A stretch of DNA of 61,813 nucleotides, filler included, from Platydemus manokwari (Eukaryota), in the NCBI GenBank assembly GCA_037951405.1. It is 6 parts of 6 records of this genome, joined end to end, with 100 filler letters (N's around TTAATTAATTAA, not from the genome) between each part and the next. Parts side by side here need not be neighbours in the genome. Positions count along the whole stretch, not along the records: positions 30,930 to 39,715 come from JBBMOY011350316.1; positions 39,816 to 48,925 come from JBBMOY011298095.1; positions 49,026 to 61,813 come from JBBMOY011965823.1; 3 more parts are not named here. One strand, given 5' to 3'. Under the pieces are notes generated by a model. The model was not told where the DNA came from. It made no database searches and saw nothing but the letters and a program-made list of their open reading frames with translations. The position numbers were made by a program, and so were the translations under genes. Position 1 is the first letter of the stretch; each line of letters starts with the position of its first letter. Of this stretch, positions 38,201 through 50,079 are shown piece by piece.

Positions 38201-39715
38201 GTCGCATTAATAATTATTTACTCCCGTCAAGCTGAATCATAATCATTAATAATAATTCTGAATCGACTTTCAGTATATCTTGCTATATATAGTTTCTCCA
38301 TTCAAATCAGCTGAATGTGATTAATTATATTCGGTGTATCAGACAATTTCGAATCTCGCAATTATTCATGATTGGAATTTGAATCTTCGATAATTACAAT
38401 TCGAATGTTTATGTGAAATATTTGATATTTTTAAACCTTTGGATATTCATTTTTAAATAAATCGCAAGCTCAATTTCCAAATTCAGGCACGTGTATCAAA
38501 TTAAGAAAAAAATTATTCTCTAATGGAAACTGTATTTAAACTAAACAACAATTTATATTTCAAAAATATAGTGCTCCATGGTAAACCCCAAACAAAATCC
38601 ACGGAAATTCATTGAGCATTTAAAAATGACATTTGATCTATATCAATAAATTCGACTAACTAAAACAGTTAAATTGTCATGTAGTGGCCCACTTTTTAAA
38701 ATATTTTATGATTGATTAATTGAATGCAAGTTAATTTCTTCTTTAATTGAGAGATTTGAATCAACAGAACCTGTTGACAAAAATCCACATGAAAAATTTT
38801 GTGATAACAATAGCCACAATAAACTTGGTGCCTTTGTCAATTCTGTGAATAATATGGATGATACTTTCTCCATATGAAAGGCATTTCAAAATCTTTGGTT
38901 TCTCGAATTCTGGAAAAGAATTTGGGTCTCGAAGTTATAATTTTTCTTAATGACGATGGCCCTAATCAACGACTGATATATGCGAATTCGTTTTGGTATT
39001 AATGAAAATAAAATTTGCAAAATTTGCAAATAAAATCTGAAAGTGGAAGTCTTTATAAAATGAAACTTTGGGATTTCGATAAACGACAGCCTGTAAATTT
39101 TAGATAAAATTTTAGAAATATATTTTTAATTGCAGCAGTGCCCTAGTGGTTATTTTTCACTGACATTGTATTTATTATGATGGATTCTTCATTATACCGC
39201 AATTTGGAAAATAAATTAAGAGATCCATTATAATAAATTTTCAATAAATTGCGTGTTTTTGTTACAGTCTTACTAGCTCGGATCAACCTAATCTAATTTT
39301 AATATTAATCATAACTTGGAGATTTTGCATAAATTATCTGAATAAATTTGATTTTCTGTGATTCTCGTGGAATTTCTCAGTGAGAAAATTTTTAGGTGAT
39401 TTTCGTTTAACCTAATTTCACGTAATTAACGATGCGATCGGTTGATTATTAGCAATTTTTAAGATTAATATAATTTTATCAAGTATCTTTAATCTAATAT
39501 ATGTGTGTGTGTTTAGTAAAGAAGAAAAATGATTTTGCTCATTTGAACCCTTATTTTGGCACTTTACGTGTATACATTACTGCGCAACCATTCAGCCCTG
39601 ACAATAAATCAATCACAAATGAAATATTTTAATCCGAAAAATAGACATAACTACACAGTAACACAAAATCAATAAATTCAATTGAAACTTGAAAAATAAA
39701 AGATCAAATCGAAAC

Positions 39716-39815
39716 NNNNNNNNNNNNNNNNNNNNNNNNNNNNNNNNNNNNNNNNNNNNTTAATTAATTAANNNNNNNNNNNNNNNNNNNNNNNNNNNNN
39801 NNNNNNNNNNNNNNN
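39716..39815. other. artificial contig spacer
   Basis: 44 N + TTAATTAATTAA + 44 N. Confidence 0.98.
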
Positions 39816-40034
39816 CGTGTATGTTAATGATTTGCTACAGCACACACACAAGTGTTTACATCTGGTGTCAAATTCCGGTTATTAAGTTATAGTTATAATT
39901 TTTTCACTTAAATTTTATTTACAGCTTTCTTCAGAATTTAATAATTTTTTATTTACTTCAAGAAATTTTAATTTGAATTTTTTGTCCACATTTTTAATAA
40001 TTTTTTTATATTAAAAAATTATGTAAAACAAATA

Positions 40035-40400
40035 ATATCTGATACATTGAAATAGCCCAAATACACTTTATCCTGGAATTTCCTAATAAAATATTCCGAC
40101 AAATTTTGATTATGTGAACTAAATTTCCAATTCACCTATCTTGAAATTCTTTAATAAAATCTACAGATAATTTTTGATAAAAAGAAATATCTGCAGATTC
40201 TACCTTATCCCGAAATTCTCTAATAATTGATTCTGAAAGTTTTTGTTTTATACAATCTAATATAAGGATTGTTTCATGAAAATTTTGTTCACAATATCAA
40301 AATTTATCACCATCATATTTTTTATCACATTATTCACACATATAATGTTTACAAAAAGTAAACATAAATGTTTCTCCATAAAATATTATACATTCTTCAG
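40035..40400 (-). pseudogene. RING finger in frame with tryptophan-repeat (entomopoxvirus-type 23-aa repeat) protein
   Basis: EECIIFYGETFMFTFCKHYMCE*CDKKYDGDKF*YC runs in frame into QKLSESIIREFRDKV..ISFYQKLSVDFIKEFQD, then after a frameshift VNWKFSSHNQNLSEYFIRKFQDKV. Confidence 0.7.
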
Positions 40401-40457
40401 AATTTTCTGATTTTTTAAGTAATTGTTTTCCATTTCTTTTAATGAATTTTATTTTAT

Positions 40458-41090
40458 TTGTCTCAATTTCTTAAGGGTTATTCTTTAAATGTGACTGAAT
40501 TCGCTGGGGGATATTTATGTCAGATTTGTAATAGAGAAATTTCTAAATCTAATAAATCAAAACATGAAAAAACCAAATCTCATATGAAAAATACAAATCC
40601 AAATGATATGAATGGTGCGAATAGAATAAGTATGAACAAAAGTGAGAAATAAGGAGGTTTTGAATTTATTGGAGATGATATACAACAAGCAATTACAAAT
40701 AATAAGTTTTTAAATAAATTTAGTACTGGTTGTTATTCGGGAGAATTTCATTTAAAAAGTATGAATCCATTTAATAAAAAATTCTGTTCTTCGAACAAAT
40801 CTTCAAGAACATTTACAAAATTATGACGAAATTATTTATAATTATAATGAAACTGGAAAATTAGATATATCCCAAATTCCAAAAGAAAATCATCAACCTG
40901 TAAATAGAACAGATGCAAAAGAAATGCAGCATGATGTTGATTATATTTCAAAAGATTTACAAGATAGACATGTTGATGATGTCAAAATGATACATCAATA
41001 TAATAATATTGATAATCCAACATTCAGAGAAAAATTAGAAAGATTTTTAATTAAAATTATAATGAAAGGGAAAATTATGTCTGTACAGAG
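40458..41090 (+). pseudogene. zinc finger followed by parvoviral-type phospholipase A2 (Polinton/adintovirus PLA2)
   Basis: CQIC..NKSKHEKTKSH, then GEFHL..FC, QPVNRTDAKEMQHDVDY (HDxxY active site), DRHVDDVKMI and NPTFREKLERFLIKIIMKGK. Interrupted by stops and frameshifts. Confidence 0.75.
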
Positions 41091-41237
41091 CTTATCAAAG
41101 ATAGTGACAAAGACCACGTTTACCACATTTAGCAAAAGATTTAGCAATTAAGACAATATACGAGAAAAAATTCTGATGGAGAAGTGAAGAAATTAAATAT
41201 ATACGAAGTTACATGATGAAAAAAGCTTCTCTTTACG

Positions 41238-41480
41238 AGAAGATGTATTAACGCAAGAATTGCATCATGAAAATAAAATATTCAAGAAATTTTTAAAAGT
41301 TAAAATATTTCTTAAAGACAATACTCATATTGCTGAAGTACTTATAATGCCCAAAAAATCTAAGGAAGAATTTATATACATATATATATTGCTTATTATT
41401 TATTTACATACAATATATGGTTGTTATATTCCCTCGAAGGATAACTTTAGTTGAAGGCTTTGAAGATTATTTTGAAAAAG
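41238..41480 (+). pseudogene. Polinton-type retroviral-like integrase, N-terminal part
   Basis: LTQELHH..KKFLKVKI..DNTHIAEVLIM..YIYILLIIYLHTIYGCYIPSK resembles the Polinton pattern ELHK..F.RRKV..D.WQADL.DM..YILTVID.FSKYAW..PLK. The catalytic Asp positions are decayed. Confidence 0.65.
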
Positions 41481-42409
41481 ACAAAACAATTTAAAAACAA
41501 ATCAAAACGCATAAATGCGTACAAAAATCATGATCGCATTGAAGTTTGATAAATTCATCAGTTTTGATGTCTTGATAACAAACATTACACTGAGAAATGT
41601 CATTCATTTTTAAACTGAATATTTATTCGATAACACTCAAACAAATAAATAAATTGTTAAAAGTATAAATATTTTTGAAATTTCCTGTGAAATTAGTGAT
41701 GCAAATTGAATTGACAAAATTTTTGAGGAAAACTTTTAATAATTATTTTATTAACATTTAAAAACATGAATGATAAGCAGTGAAAAATTCGGAATTATTT
41801 TTTCATAACCTCATATTTTATAATTTTAATAGATAATATTTTATGATGATTATCGTAATAGAATAAATATTCTTATATGAAGTTATAAAAAGTTATATCA
41901 ATATCATCATATTAAGTTGAGAAAATTAAGTGGTTCAAGTCAACGTTTCGTTTCATTGGGTTTCCACATTTCATTTTGAGTAGATTCCGAGAATTATTTA
42001 CATCAATTTTAAAACTGAACTGTTTCGAAATCAAATTTGATCTTTATAATTAGATATTTTAAGTAGTAATCAAAGTTAGTCTTTGACATCATCCCTTCAA
42101 TTTATTGAAATAATTAATTTTCATCATTTTTACAATATTCGTTCGCTCATATTTCCTTCATTCTCTGTATGATAAAATTTCAAATGTTTGGTTGTTATGC
42201 CAAGATCTTTATCAAACCAAATCATCATCATAACAATATCAGCACTGTTATTCTTACCAATAAATCTGATTCTTATCAAATATTTCATCATGTGGTTTCA
42301 AATTCGTTGAATCTTTTAATTTAATATATTTCATTTCATTTTTATTAAGGTTTTCTTAAATTTTCTTGATTGCAAATTATTTTGTTATTCTACCATGATT
42401 TAATATCTG

Positions 42410-42860
42410 ATCTTAAACAATCTGTATCTTCATAATACTTTTTTAAATTAAAAATCATTCTAATTTTTCTCTAAAAGTTGGGTTGACAAAATTATTCATT
42501 CTACATGTCATTTTCAAACACTGAATATATCCATCTTGTAATTTTTTAAATATAATTACTTAAATGTTCTTGAAGATTCATGTCTGACTCAATTAAAATG
42601 TTTGGTTTATTTAGTTTTATAAATTTAAACTTTTTACATGAAATTCTCCAGAATGCCAACCAGTACTAAATTTATTTATAAACTTACGTTTGTAGTTAGT
42701 TGTTGAATATTGTCTCTTACGAACTCATAACATTTTAATTTCTTGATTTTATTCGTACATTGTAAATTCGATCAATCGCACTATTCGTATGATATTTAGA
42801 CATTTCGTGCTTTGATTCATTAGATTTAAATATTTCTTTATGACATGTAATAAAAAATGT
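42410..42860 (-). pseudogene. second, inverted PLA2/zinc-finger copy
   Basis: The reverse complement contains taaataaatttagtactggttggcattctggagaatttcat and ccaacttttagagaaaaattagaa, matching 40711-40750 and 41016-41040. Confidence 0.75.
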
Positions 42861-42909
42861 TTCTCACCCGTTTTTTAAATAAAAAGCTATTCCAATCTAT
42901 ATTTGTCAT

Positions 42910-43170
42910 TGAAAAATTTTTGGTATTCAGAAATTAAATGCCAATCAACTTTATGTTGACAATCTCAAATCAAAGATTCTGATAAATTTTTAATTCAATC
43001 TACTTTATCTGTGAATCTCCAGAGGAAAAGATTCGTAAAATCCTTAGTAATAGAAAATATTATCTCAATCTACTTCATCTTGAAATTTTTTAATAAAATC
43101 TTTAGAAATTATTTTATTTGTAGAAACTTCTTTTCAATCAACATTATTTTAGTTTTCTATAATAAAATGT
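42910..43170 (-). pseudogene. second tryptophan-repeat gene remnant
   Basis: NVD*KEVSTNKIISKDFIKKFQDEVD*DNIFYY*..RFTDKVD*..LSESLI*DCQHKVDWHLISEYQK. Confidence 0.72.
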
Positions 43171-43453
43171 ACTTCGTTTTGGATAAATTCATTAATTATA
43201 CATAGAAATGTGCTTTGGAGAGAAGAATGAAATTCTTGCTTTGGCAATTTTTAATTATAACAATAAAAAGTAAAACATAGATATTCCTAATAAAGGAATT
43301 TATTAAATATAGAATATTTTATTTTTTAAGCAATTCATTATTTAAGTAAAGAGAAAAATTGTTTTTATAACATTTTGTTAAATTCATAAATTAATAATCT
43401 CGGTTTCGGAGTCTCGAAATCTCTTCTTTCTTAAATGAGGAAAAAACGTATTA

Positions 43454-43730
43454 TTATCCAGAAAATCGTCTCATCATTTGTTCCAATACAACTAGTTTTC
43501 CTCGGATGTATTGAACAAGATAAACAAAACAAAATTCAATTGGTCTATAAAATACATCTATTTTAGGAAATTTATCTTGAAGAGTAAAATTACTACCAAT
43601 TAAAAAAATTATTTGTTTTACTATTATAACAATACCAGAGTATATGAGACAATTCACAATCCAATTTAGTATATTTTTCATCATGTTTAGGTGGATAATC
43701 ATTGACAATCCTCGCTAAAGTCTCTTTTTT
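43454..43730 (-). pseudogene. possible Polinton minor capsid (penton) remnant
   Basis: Across frames it reads IVNDYPP..KIY*IGL..NCLIYSGIV.., echoing the penton N-terminus pattern Y.PPIEL..YEIGL..TYNSI. Support comes mainly from context. Confidence 0.3.
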
Positions 43731-44369
43731 ATTCCATTTTTGATTAAACTCGCATACCTTTGTTTAATTAATCTTGTTCGTTAGTAGAAACATTAATTGT
43801 TTTTCCTAAATCAATAATAATTTCTGTCAAATTTTTATATCTATTATATTTGAAGAAAGCTTCTTAAAAATATTATTCAACTTTTCATCTAATCGTCTTT
43901 CAAAATAAACTCTAAAATATTTCTTCATCATGTCTACAAATTCTGTTTCCGTTTTTCCACTATGAATTTCAAATGTGTATTGATTTCTGAGAATATTTTA
44001 TTTAATTTTTAATTATTTATTAATTATGCTGTATCATTGTTTTAATTAATTTACATGATAAATCGAGACTATCAACAATTTTATTGTTATTTCTAATTAC
44101 TAGTAAATATTGTTAATGCGCTTTATTTTTCAGATATAATATTAATTAACTCTTTCCATTTTTCTTCCACATTTTAATAATAATTATTAAATTTTCACTT
44201 ACCTTCTTCTTAATCATATAGTGATAAATAATTTGTTTCACTTTTACCCTGTTTTAGAAATGGCAATATTTCATGTCTTATATTTTTGATAAAATCATAT
44301 TAATCTCTGCTTTCACAAGAATTCAAATATAATTCAGCTCCTTGAGGACAATCTTTAAATCTAACACTT

Positions 44370-44505
44370 TTTGGGGTGATTGTATTTTCTTTGTTGAATT
44401 CATTCATTTTTTCAATTTCTTACTTAGTTTCTTAGCTTGTTTACATTGACTCACGGCAGTCACTATTCCTCCAGTTACTCCTGCGACCCCGCCTAAGCAC
44501 TTTCT
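44370..44505 (-). pseudogene. Polinton/Maverick core-protein-like remnant
   Basis: LGGVAGVTGGIVTAVSQCKQAKKL resembles the GALAGGAAGIAKAVNDAKAAKKQL motif I recall from invertebrate Maverick structural proteins. Confidence 0.5.
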
Positions 44506-47500
44506 TTTTGTCTGATATAGTCTTTTTATTATAAATTTTTTTTTTTAATTCATTACAAATTTACTTACTTATTTTTATTTTTTCTCCATTATAATCAAAC
44601 GATTTTGGTTTTGTATTCTTAACTATTTACTTTAAAAGGTTTACTTTGTTAAGATACTTCTCTTCTTTGAAATTATTTTCTTCATTATTCAATTGTCAAA
44701 AATAAAATTACATCAAACATTGAAAATAATCGAAATCATCTTATTTGTCGGAGGTTGAACACATTGCTCCACCTTTAATTAATATTTCAACCATTTTTTC
44801 TAATTTATAACAAAAAGCTTTGCATTTTAAATCACTCAATTTCAATTATTAGTATACACTCATTGATTACAAATTCTTTATTTGGAGCCTTTAATTAAAA
44901 CAAAACATAGAATATACATTTTGAAAATATTTCATATTTAATTGAGGATAATTATCAAATTCTTCACATAAATTGATATAAGTATTATATGGAAAATCTT
45001 GTTTATTTTTTGTAATATCAAATAGATTTTTATTTGCTGAGTGATTACTGTTTTTTATTTTTTTTTAACGATTTTTTTAATTATCACTAATATTTTAAAT
45101 TAATTTTAATAAAACTAATATTCAAAACGAATTATTATAAATCTCGGTTTGTTTTTTAATAATGATACTTGCCATGTAAAATTTTGATAAGATAAATTTA
45201 AGATAAATTAAGCCTTCAAGGTGCGATGTTTATATTCTTCACGTCTAGTTTTTTAAAAAAATCAATGTTTCTTTTGTAGTTTTATTATTATTGAATTTGG
45301 TTAATCGATGTCTACGTCTTTATCAGCCTATAGAGTCCGTCTGACCATCAGGCAGTAATTAGTCCTTAGTTTAATGTTCTTTAAATTAATGTTCCTTTTG
45401 TAGTAACATCTTTCTAATTTGAGTTTTCCAACGTTTCGACTCATTTTCGTCAGGAGCAACAAAAGTTTGAAGCTATTTAGAGAGTGTTGTGCTGTCGCAA
45501 AAAAAATATTTTTCTCAACGGTGATAGCATTGTGAAACCTCATTTAAAACCATTCAAGCTTTAAAATCACATGAAAAATTTAAAAAAGCATATTGCAAAA
45601 TTTAATAAAATTGCCAATGAGCCTAGCTCGGTTTTAAACTGCGAACAAAGTTTGTCTGTCAAAGACAATGAAGGAGAGTCAATTAATAACAAAGAAATTC
45701 TGAAAGATAATTACAAAACCTATAAGATTAATTAAAGGTCTCAACAAACTAAAAATATAATTTCTCATATTACAGAAGAATCTCATGAACTTTTAAAATT
45801 CATAAATAAATAAGTAGTAATATAGGTCAGTCTTTTAACAACATAATTCTCAAATACGAGTGAGTGAGAGCGAGTGAGTTTTTGAGGATGCTGGATTCAA
45901 AGATTGACTATTATTACTAATTCAATCCAATTAGTGAGTTCGTAAAACTGTAAAATATGTAAACACAGAATTCAGTTTACTATCACGTTAAAATTAGAAA
46001 AGCGACTAGCAATACTTTTAAATGATTTATTCAATAAATACCACAACACTTTAATATTGAAGTATTTTATAAAAAAATAGAAACTTGAGAGTTTTGAAGA
46101 ACTTCAGATATATTTCGAAAAAATAGATTTTAAAATATATATTTCACAAAAATGTTCAAAGCATAAAATTTTTAGATATAAATATTTTTTGCAATAATTT
46201 CACATTATCGACTATCAAATTTTCTCACTGTATTTTTTAAAATATTCCTTTTATTTTGTCACAGGTTTTTCAATTGTTTCACAAATTAGTCAGTTCCAGT
46301 AATTTACTATTCAATTGTCTAAGATTAGTATGCTATATAAGTCGTTGATAATGTCGAAATACAGATTTAAAACAAAATTAAACAATAATGTTTATTCGAT
46401 TAAAACAAATAATTTAAAAGACAGAATTGATTTATACGGGGTAGTCTAGTGCTTACATGAAAATATAATGTAAAATAAAATGAAATATATATGATGAATT
46501 TTTAAATTTAAACAAAATTTTATGTGTTTTTGTAGAATATTTTTCAACTATTTATACTAGTTGATAATACATATTTTATATAATAATTATAATTAATTAT
46601 AATTAATAATTTTAATTATTATTTTTAATTAATTATCAGATTGGGTTACAGCCATTCGTGATGATTTATCCTGACGGCAATAGTGCGCCATAATATATTG
46701 CAAGTCATCGCTGCGTGAATTTTTATCCATAGTAATCCTGGGTTTTTCATAACTTGAAGAATTAGTCTAAAAATTATTATATAAACAGATAACTATTTTC
46801 TATTTTCATTTTAGTCCTATCTATCTCTGGTCCGAGGTGTTGTTGAGGCACATGGAATATCGAATACGACACAATCCGGTTCATGAAACCACCATTACTA
46901 TTGTTAGTAGCGTCTACTTTACTTGCAATTGATGTTTCAACAAAAGAAGTCATGATTAGGATTTTCTTAAATTTTATTTAATAACAAATCCAACATTTTT
47001 CAAACAAATCACTAGAGAGCATTTTCGTTTTCGATTTTAATAATTTATATATAAATATTTAAATTACTTCAATTATAAATTTCAAAATATTAACTTTTAA
47101 ATTATTTTATTAAAATTTTAAAACATTTATTTCAATATATTAAATTCTAAAATTTATTAAATTATTTTAAATCGTTATTAAAAAATTTTATTTAAATTTT
47201 TATTTAAAATTATTGTTAGTTAATCGAATTTAGGTCTCACAGCTATCATTGCAGCTTTTGCTTCATCAGGCTCCGAGAGATCGTCCTATATATCTCTCAA
47301 CCGGGATACTGATAAGGCCTATGGAGGAATGAAATACGGATAATTTTTCAACAAAATGTAGTTTATTTATTTATATTTTGACTGTTTATCAAATAAATAA
47401 AGAATTAGCTAACGGCATGTTAATATTTATTAAAATGACATCTAAATTTATGGTAAGTTATACATTATTTATTTTTATTAAGTTATTTTTATTTGATGAT

Positions 47501-48580
47501 AAAAAGAAGCGGGTAATAAAAATAACTACATAAAGATATTAACTTTAAATGATGAAATTTATATTTCATTCAATTATCTTTGTATAAGATTCGCGAATTC
47601 ATAAGATTATTTATTCCAAAGCTCTTTTAGATAGATAAGTAAATCAATGAAAGTTGAAGAATTTATTGAGTTAGGAAAAGAGTTAGAAAGTAATTTTCTT
47701 ATAATGAAAGGGAAATGAATTTATACGTATGATTATCCAAATGTCTTAATACAATATTATATTTAAATTGAATATCAAACAAGGAATATGAAGGCCACAA
47801 GACATTTGAAAATGAATTCAATTGTATAACAGTTTGGAACTATATAAAGATAAAGAATTTGCATAATATATTTCATGAGCTCTTGAGAAAATGAAAGTTA
47901 ATTTTGAATTATTATTTATTGAAAATGAAAAGGGTAAAATTGAGAAAGAAAGAAAATTAATCAATCTGAATTAATAATCAGTGGTCAAAAGGTAAATATA
48001 ATTATGTAGTCTATATAGAAATCTTCAGTTTTATTTAAAATGAGCATGAAATGAAACAAATAAAGGTATTTTCTTTATTTTAATGCCTCGATTAAAAACT
48101 ATGTGGTTAATAACCATATGTTAAATTGTCTTGAGTCAGGCAAATTTCTATCGAAATAAACTAATTAATTAGTAGGAAAATATTGTCATATTGGACTAAA
48201 TAATAAGTCATTTGTCATTCTGATAAGTCCCAAAGTAACGGAATCTGATTGAATTTGTTGATTTATGAATAAAATAATTTTTAGAAAATGTTATTATTTT
48301 ATCTGTGGAAATGTTCAACGTAAAATAATTTTAAATGATTTTTTAATTTATTTTTTACATATTCTTAATATTTTAGTAAATTTAAAAGATTTATATAAGT
48401 TTAGCACGAAACATAAATTTATCAATCAACCCTCACTTTCGAAGACCATTTATGTGGATTTCCTTGATCAGAATGATAAAATAAATAAAATTTTCTTTAA
48501 TTTGTAGAAATCGAATTATAAAATTAAATAATAATTGACATTATTACGTAACAATTTACAACACTGATAACATCTCATTC

Positions 48581-48638
48581 GTTGCTATTAGCAATTCCAA
48601 AGCAACAATGCATTTTTGTTTTAAATTAACTATAAATA
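48581..48638 (+). promoter_or_regulatory. alpha-tubulin promoter: X-box-like element (GTTGCTATTAGCAAT, 48581-48595) and TATA box (TATAAATA, 48631-48638)
   Basis: The motifs lie about 100 bp and 55-60 bp upstream of the ATG at 48693. Confidence 0.5.
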
Positions 48639-48692
48639 CTCGAGAATTATTTACAAATATCATTGGAATATTTTCTGAAGTCGATAATCAAA

Positions 48693-48925
<233 letters not shown>

Positions 48926-49025
48926 NNNNNNNNNNNNNNNNNNNNNNNNNNNNNNNNNNNNNNNNNNNNTTAATTAATTAANNNNNNNNNNNNNNNNNNN
49001 NNNNNNNNNNNNNNNNNNNNNNNNN
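48926..49025. other. artificial contig spacer
   Basis: 44 N + TTAATTAATTAA + 44 N. Confidence 0.98.
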
Positions 49026-50079
49026 TTAAGTAAAGAAAAAGAAGTTCAACCTACAAATATATTTTTAACCAAAACATTCGAACAAATTATTCAAAAATAT
49101 TTGATATTTTATTGATTATTATTATTTATTATTTTAACTAAAATTATTAAAGATAATTACGAAAAACTAAGAAATTTTCACATTGTTATCTCTTTAAAGT
49201 CATCGATTTTCTTCACATCTCTTAACAGAATTTTTCATTTTTTCCCAAATTTTTAATCAATATTCTTTTACTATTTATATTAACTATATCTGCCACTACT
49301 GAGTCTTCTATATTCTCTATGCCTTAAATACTTTTCTAGGTTGATCTTCTCAGAATAGAATCCCACTATGTGAAGGTCCCATTGCCGGTTATGGTTTCAT
49401 TGAATACGCTTTGAGATGTTCAACCCAAAAATATATTTCCAAACAAAACATTCAAACAAGTTATTCCAAAGTGATTTCATTCGTTTAGCTTAATTAAAAC
49501 GATTATAAATCGTTTATAAAAATTTTAAAATTCGATTGACTGTATTTCTGGAACAGAAACTAATCTGAGCTCATTGACAAAATCAGGCTGTTATTGTTCA
49601 GACTTCGATCAAACTCAATACTTCCAAGATGACAGAATATTTCAATCCATTCAAGAGTCTCCGTGAGATGGTATTTGTTTTTGCGATCCGTAATTTTTCG
49701 ATTTGTACTTCAATTTCAAACACAGCCGGTCAATGACAAATCAAACAAACACGTCCAATCCGGTTTAATAATATATCGAATCACATATCTACCAATGATA
49801 TCCAGAATATCAGCTCCGATTTAGAAAATCAAACATTAATAATCGAAAATCCAGAACCGAAACACACCAGCATAAACGTTTTCAATTCAAGACATTTATT
49901 ATTTTTTGCTGTTATTGTTGATGTTATTGGTTTGATTTAGAATTGGGTTTTGGGTCAGGATAATATTGGAACACGTTCACGTGATTTATTGCTCCATGAT
50001 TTTGAAATTTAAATCAATCGATATAATGTAAACAAATGTTTATAATGTTAAAAGTATTGATTGAAAATGTTGTCGATAT

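Larger units (their letters stand above)
40035..45050. mobile_element. decayed Polinton/Maverick (adintovirus-like) gene cluster, probably two rearranged copies
   Basis: Two parvovirus-type PLA2 genes, a Polinton-type integrase N-terminus, a core-protein-like GGxAGxxGGIxxAV motif, a possible minor capsid remnant and Trp-repeat genes. Intronless and very AT-rich. No TIRs, pPolB or major capsid recognised; ends approximate. Confidence 0.75.

Noticed and set aside
38760-39220. WD40-like fragments (FSNSGKEFGSRSY; SGSLYKMKLWDF)
   Set aside because: Too short and interrupted to support a call; may be a decayed WD40 gene.
47230-47320. Minus-strand hammerhead-like fold (CTGATGA-agc-aaaa-gct-GCAA with a gagagat/atctctc stem)
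   Set aside because: The core GAAA is GCAA and there is no correctly placed UH cleavage site; the plus strand reads better as an exon.
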